A stretch of DNA of 64,000 nucleotides, from contig NZ_SBIV01000009.1 of NCBI RefSeq assembly GCF_004765795.1, forward strand, positions 62,001 to 126,000, in the 5' to 3' direction. The notes beneath the pieces were generated by a model. That model did no database searches. It worked only from the letters and a program-made list of their open reading frames with translations, and was not told the DNA's origin. This document shows positions 59,235 to 64,000 of this stretch, one piece after another (position 1 is the first letter of the stretch; each line of letters opens with the position of its first letter). Source of the stretch: Halorussus marinus (GTDB taxonomy: Archaea; Halobacteriota; Halobacteria; Halobacteriales; Haladaptataceae). The position numbers were made by a program, and so were the translations under genes.

Positions 59235-60179
59235 ATGCCCGAGGCCACAGCCCCGGACATCGACGTGTCGAACCGAACGGTGTTGATAACCGGCGGCGCG
59301 GGGTTCGTCGGAAGCCACCTCGCGGAAGCGCTGGTCGCCGACAACGAGGTGCGGGTGCTCGACGACCTCTCGGGGGGCTCGCCCGACAACGTCCCCGCGG
59401 GCGCCGAACTGATCGAGGGCGATATCCGGGACCCCGAGACCGTCGCCGACGCGATGGCGGGGGTCGATCTCGTCTTCCATCAGGCCGCGCTGGTCAGCGT
59501 CGAGCAGTCGATCGAGCGCCCGCAGGCCAGCCACCGGATCAACGTCGACGCCACGGTCGAACTCCTCGAACGCGCACGCCAGACGGACGCTCGGGTGGTG
59601 CTCGCCTCCTCGGCCGCGATCTACGGTCACCCCGAGTCGGTGCCGGTCGCCGAGAGCGATCCGAAAGAGCCGACCTCGCCGTACGGGATCGACAAGCTCT
59701 CGATCGACCACTACGCCCGGCGCTACCGGGACCTCTACGGGCTCGAAGCCGTCCCGCTCCGGTACTTTAACGTCTACGGGCCGCGCCAGAACCCCGAGTA
59801 CAGCGCGGTCGTGAGCGTGTTCTTCCGGCAGGCCCGCGACGGCGGTCCGATCACGGTCGAAGGCGACGGCGAGCAGACCCGCGACTTCGTCCACGTCTCG
59901 GACGTGGTCCGGGCGAACCTGCTGGCGGCGACCACCGACCGCGTCGGCGAGCCGTTCAACGTCGGGACCGGCACCAGCGTCACCGTCAACGAGCTCGCCG
60001 AGACGGTGATCGAGGTGACCGGCTCGGACGCCGACATCGAACACGTCGACCCCAGACCCGGCGACATCCGCCACAGCGAGGCCGACGTCTCGGCGGCCCG
60101 CGAGGCGCTCGGCTACGAGCCGACCGTCTCGTTAGAGGATGGGCTCCGGGAGTTAGCCGAGGCCCAGGGCCTCAGATAG
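59235..60179 (+). CDS. NAD-dependent nucleotide-sugar epimerase/dehydratase
   Basis: TGGAGFVG, SSAAIYG, YGIDK, RYFNVYGP and RDFVHV motifs. Confidence 0.92.
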   Translation: MPEATAPDIDVSNRTVLITGGAGFVGSHLAEALVADNEVRVLDDLSGGSPDNVPAGAELIEGDIRDPETVADAMAGVDLVFHQAALVSVEQSIERPQASHRINVDATVELLERARQTDARVVLASSAAIYGHPESVPVAESDPKEPTSPYGIDKLSIDHYARRYRDLYGLEAVPLRYFNVYGPRQNPEYSAVVSVFFRQARDGGPITVEGDGEQTRDFVHVSDVVRANLLAATTDRVGEPFNVGTGTSVTVNELAETVIEVTGSDADIEHVDPRPGDIRHSEADVSAAREALGYEPTVSLEDGLRELAEAQGLR

Positions 60180-60283
60180 CCCGGTCGAGAGACCGATCGG
60201 ACTCGGAGTCCTGAGTCGGCGTTCTCCGAGCCGAAAACCAGACCGCACCGCGAGAGACGCGTTCGCACGTTCCCCGACGTCGG

Positions 60284-61150
60284 TCACTTCTCGTTGATGG
60301 ACTCGCTTGCGATGTTACGCCCGCGAGTCTTCAAACTCACTTCGCGCCGCTTGCGGACCTCCTCCAGCACGTCGACTTCGATGAGTCGCTCGAAGATGCT
60401 CTCGACCTCGTCGACGTCCATCCCGAGGAAGTCCGGGATCTCGAACGGCGATACCCCCGAGTACAGCGCCATCAGCACTTCTTTTTCGACTTCGTTCAGC
60501 TCGACGCCGCCCTCGTTCTTTCGCTCGCCCTTCCGGAGGAGCGACTCCAGGAGGGTTGCCCGCCGGGTGTCGCCCGAGATGTACGTCTGGACGCTGGTGT
60601 CGCCCTGCGTGTGTTCGACTTCGAGGACGGTCCGCTGTTGGCCCTTGACCGTTCGGGCCGCCCGGTCGACGCCGCCGATGTCGTCGAGTTCGATGCCGAC
60701 GAACGTCCCGCTCGCGATGGCGACGTTGACCATCTCTTCGGTGATCTTGATGCGGGCTTTCTCCCACTCGGTGTCCTGGACGACGCCCCCTTCGACCGCG
60801 GGGTGTTTCGTCAGGATCATCTCCTGGTTGAGGAGCGCGCCGTAGAAGTCGGTCTCGAACTCGTCGATGTCGGTGTTGGGCCCGAGCAACACGACGTTAT
60901 CGCCGAACTCCACGCTCAGGTAGTCCGAGACGCTCGCGACCGCCTGATTCACGTCGTAGCGCCCCTTCAGGCCGTCGACCTCCGAGAGGGGAATCGTTCG
61001 CTTGCCACCGTTGCCGGCCAGCACCAGTCGCTTGTTCGACAGCAGGATGCGGCCGCTGGTCCAGTCGGGGTCGTTCAGCTTGCGGCCCTTCTTGACCACT
61101 TGCAGGAACTTCCCCTGCGTGTCGGATATCTTGTACTCGCCTTCGCTCAT
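60284..61150 (-). CDS. cheF: Archaeal chemotaxis adaptor CheF
   Basis: GRILLSNKRLVL and HPAVEGGVV motifs; C-terminal LMALYSGVSPFEIPDF wHTH. Confidence 0.9.
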   Translation of the reverse strand: MSEGEYKISDTQGKFLQVVKKGRKLNDPDWTSGRILLSNKRLVLAGNGGKRTIPLSEVDGLKGRYDVNQAVASVSDYLSVEFGDNVVLLGPNTDIDEFETDFYGALLNQEMILTKHPAVEGGVVQDTEWEKARIKITEEMVNVAIASGTFVGIELDDIGGVDRAARTVKGQQRTVLEVEHTQGDTSVQTYISGDTRRATLLESLLRKGERKNEGGVELNEVEKEVLMALYSGVSPFEIPDFLGMDVDEVESIFERLIEVDVLEEVRKRREVSLKTRGRNIASESINEK

Positions 61151-61258
61151 GCGTTATCTCCGGGCTCGCGGCGTCTCGCCTGCCGGCGGGGCGCCGCGAT
61201 TCGTCGCGGATCGTCGGTTCCGGTGGCGCGATTCGATCATGCGGGTGGCCGAACGGGC

Positions 61259-63226
61259 TCAGTCGCCATCGCGCATCGCGTCCACGCGGGTCGAGAGCTC
61301 CTCGATGGCGTCTGTCTGTGCCTCGGTCGCCGCGACGATGTCGTCGGTCGCCGACTCGACGTCGTTGGTCTGATCGCGCACCGAATCGACCGTCGCCATC
61401 ACCTGCTCGACGTTGGCCGCCTGCTCGTCGTTGGCCTCCGCGACCTCGGTCACGCCGGAGGCGGCCTCCTCGACCGCGTCGGCGATCTCTTCGAGCGCGA
61501 CCAGCGCGTCTTCGATCTCGTTGCCGGCGTGCTTGACCTGCTCGTTCGACTCCTCGACGGCGACCACAGTCTCGTTGGCCTGCGACTGGATCTCCTCGAT
61601 CCGGCCGGCGATCTCCTCGGTGTGCTCGCGGGTCTCGTTGGCCAACTGCTTGACCTCGTCGGCGACGACTTCGAATCCCGAACCGGCCTCGCCCGCGCGG
61701 GCGGCCTCGATGTTGGCATTGAGCGCGAGGAGGTTGGTCTGGTCGGCGACCTCCGCGATCACCTCGACGACGTCCTCGATCTCGTTCATCTGGGATTCGA
61801 GTTCGGTCACCGTCTCGACGAGGCTCTCGCTCATCTCGATGACCTCGTCGGTCGCCTCCCGGGCACCCTGACTCGATTCGAGCCCGCTGTCCGCCGAGGC
61901 CTTCGCCTGCTCGGCCGCCGACGCCACCTGATCGGAGCTCGCGGCGACCTCCTGCATGCTCGCCGAGAAGTTCTCCATCTCGGTCGCGACCTCCGACAGC
62001 TGGTCGGTCTGCTCGTCGACCCGATCGTCGATGACCCGGGCGGCCTCGGCCGCGTTCTCGACCTCGGTCGCGAGGTCGTCGGCTTTCTGCCCGACGTGCT
62101 CGGCCGACGTCTCGAACCGCTCGGCCATCGCGTTGACCTGATCGACGACTTCGATCAGCGAGTCATCGACCACGCCGTACTCGTCCTCGAACGAGGCTCT
62201 CGCCGAGAGCTCCCCGGCCTCCATCGCCGAGAGAGTCCCGCCGAGCTCCTCGACCAGCGAGGCGATCCCTCGCTGGCGGCGTGCGTCCTCGGTGCGGTCG
62301 CGCACGGTTTCGACCACCGCGACGAGTTCGTCGCCCTCGTACAGCGGCATCGCGGAGAACTCGATCTCGCGGTGCTCGCCGTCACGGTCGGTCATCGTCC
62401 CCTCGTCGCGATAGAGCGTCCGCTCGCCGCCGGCCCGTTCGACATCGAACTCCGTGTGGGCCGACTCCGGCGCCGCCGCGACCTTGTCGGCCAGCGTCTT
62501 GACCCGACGGCCGTCGGGGTAGAACGCCTCGCTGACCTGCTCCATCCCGAGCGCCTCCTCGGCGGAACGGCCGGTCAGCTCCTCGAGCGCCGTGTTCCAC
62601 GCCGCGACCTCGTCGCGTTCGACGTCGAGCATGAACACCGGAACGCCGATCCCGTCGAGGAGTTCGTCGTCGTCGACGTTGAGTTCGTCGGCTGGCTCGG
62701 CCCCACCAGTCGCCGCCCCCGCGTCGCTCGCCGTCCTCGCGCCGTACGCCTCGAGACCGCGCTCCATATCCTCGAACGTCGCCGACAGCGCCGACCGGAG
62801 CTCCGATTCGGCGTGCTGGATCTCGGCGGCGACCGCTTCGTTGTCGGCCCCGAGTCGGTGTTCGAGCCGCTCGAACGCCTCCTCGACGAGCGTCGAGACG
62901 CTCGCCTCGTACGTGGCCGCGAACGCGGCCGCCGGAGCCCCCGCCTCGACGTGGCGCCGCCCCAGTTCGGTCGCGTCTTCGATTACGCCGCCGGGGTCCT
63001 CGACCGTTCGGCCGAGGTGAGTCGCTTGGGACTGCTGGAGGGCCTCGTCGGTTTCCGTTCCACGATAGGCGTCCGCGAGATCGGCCGGGGCGATACGCTC
63101 GGTGTCGGAGACCGACACCGCGGACGTCTGCGTTCCCCCGTCGAAGGTGACATCGTGCTGTCGATCGGCGGGATTGCTATCCCGACTGAATCTTGTTAAA
63201 ATTTTTACGAGCCTGTCCCTGACCAT
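61259..63226 (-). CDS. Soluble methyl-accepting chemotaxis transducer (degenerate globin-like, PAS, HAMP, MCP domains)
   Basis: QTNLLALNANIEAARAG; PAS segment PVFMLD..WNTALEELTG; no TM helix; CTTTATA about 30 nt upstream. Confidence 0.9.
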   Translation of the reverse strand: MVRDRLVKILTRFSRDSNPADRQHDVTFDGGTQTSAVSVSDTERIAPADLADAYRGTETDEALQQSQATHLGRTVEDPGGVIEDATELGRRHVEAGAPAAAFAATYEASVSTLVEEAFERLEHRLGADNEAVAAEIQHAESELRSALSATFEDMERGLEAYGARTASDAGAATGGAEPADELNVDDDELLDGIGVPVFMLDVERDEVAAWNTALEELTGRSAEEALGMEQVSEAFYPDGRRVKTLADKVAAAPESAHTEFDVERAGGERTLYRDEGTMTDRDGEHREIEFSAMPLYEGDELVAVVETVRDRTEDARRQRGIASLVEELGGTLSAMEAGELSARASFEDEYGVVDDSLIEVVDQVNAMAERFETSAEHVGQKADDLATEVENAAEAARVIDDRVDEQTDQLSEVATEMENFSASMQEVAASSDQVASAAEQAKASADSGLESSQGAREATDEVIEMSESLVETVTELESQMNEIEDVVEVIAEVADQTNLLALNANIEAARAGEAGSGFEVVADEVKQLANETREHTEEIAGRIEEIQSQANETVVAVEESNEQVKHAGNEIEDALVALEEIADAVEEAASGVTEVAEANDEQAANVEQVMATVDSVRDQTNDVESATDDIVAATEAQTDAIEELSTRVDAMRDGD

Positions 63227-63388
63227 CTTTGGCGGAAAGAGACACCAAATGGATATAAAGCTTTACGCAAATTTCACACGCGATAACCCCGTTCGGCCGC
63301 GCGACTCGACGGAGTATCACGTCCCTGTCAAGCCGTTCGATGTCGGTCGATCGATCCCGGGCTGACTCGTCCGGCGACGGCGAGCGAA

Positions 63389-64000
63389 TCAGGCCCTCCC
63401 GCCGAGTTTCGAGAGCGCCGAGAACGCCCGCTTTCGGACCTGCTCGTCGTCGGTGTCGTCGATCAAGCTGTCGAGTCTGTCGCGCGAGCGCTCGCCGCCC
63501 ACCTTCCCGAGCGTGAACGCCGCCTTCGCCCGGGCGTCCGCGCCGGCCTCGGGATCGTCGAGCAGGTCGAGCAGGGCGTCTTCGGCGGCTTCGCCGCCGA
63601 CGTTCGCGATGCTCGTGGCCGCGAACTGGGCGGTCATGCCGTCGTCGTCACCCAGAACCGACACCAGCGCCTCGACCGCGGCCTCCCTGTTCGCCTCGCC
63701 CGTGACGCGCCCGAGGAGCCACGCCGCGTTCCGGCGCTGGTGGGCCTGGGTCCCCTGTTCGAGGATGTCGATCAGCGACTCGACGACGCTCCGGTGGTCG
63801 TTGGCGCTCAGCTTCTCGACCATTCGCTGGCGGAGCTGGTGGCTCTGCTGGCCGGGGGCGTTCGAGAGGAGTTCGATGAGCGAGAACACCGCCGCCCGGC
63901 GGACCGCCTCGACGTCGTCGGACAGCAGCGAGACGAGCGCGTCGAGCGGTTTGGCGCTCCCGAAGTTCCCCAGCGAGTTGGCGGCGATCCGCCGGACGGT
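63389..64000 (-). CDS. HEAT/PBS-lyase repeat protein associated with the taxis locus, 5'-truncated by the window
   Basis: Frame open to the window edge; repeats VRRIAANSLG, RRNAAWLLG, RAKAAFTLG and VRKRAFSAL. Confidence 0.85.
   Translation of the reverse strand, partial: TVRRIAANSLGNFGSAKPLDALVSLLSDDVEAVRRAAVFSLIELLSNAPGQQSHQLRQRMVEKLSANDHRSVVESLIDILEQGTQAHQRRNAAWLLGRVTGEANREAAVEALVSVLGDDDGMTAQFAATSIANVGGEAAEDALLDLLDDPEAGADARAKAAFTLGKVGGERSRDRLDSLIDDTDDEQVRKRAFSALSKLGGRA

Noticed and set aside
1..64000. tRNA/rRNA genes, transposases, integrases, proviral or defence genes
   Set aside because: None recognised by eye; tRNAscan-SE and HMM searches would be needed to exclude them.

Overview
GC-rich haloarchaeal (Halobacteria) chromosomal window, judged from acidic proteins, leaderless TATA promoters, Tat signals, a PGF-CTERM tail and cheF. 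The left half (1-31.5 kb) is core and metabolic: membrane hydrolases, dodecin, an IscA/HesB protein, hisD, an acyl-CoA catabolic cluster with an ACAD10/11-type kinase plus acyl-CoA dehydrogenase and a TAXI-TRAP transporter, a box H/ACA guide RNA, alkA, a RimK-protease fusion with an AstE/AspA enzyme and a glutamate-type symporter, sdhCDBA and an amidohydrolase. From 31.5 to 60.2 kb lies a surface-glycan/EPS island. It holds a complete WbpA/B/E/D/I-like 2,3-diacetamido-uronic acid pathway, a flippase, two FemABX-like GNATs, a deacetylase, three alkaline-phosphatase-superfamily paralogs, secreted beta-helix proteins and a PGF-CTERM protein, but no recognisable GT-A/GT-B glycosyltransferase. The right end is the edge of a chemotaxis locus. 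Main sequence-level observations: (1) a 19-bp oriented motif, CAGRCG-N4-ATAACAAAG, upstream of nine transcription starts in the glycan island, at TATA position in the closest cases; (2) two 51-bp double-hairpin elements apparently inserted in frame into sdhA and an acyl-CoA ligase; (3) a duplicated ~110-bp tandem-promoter cassette; (4) an archaeal lva/ACAD10-like catabolic cluster. All functional calls come from motif recognition by eye; no database searches were run.
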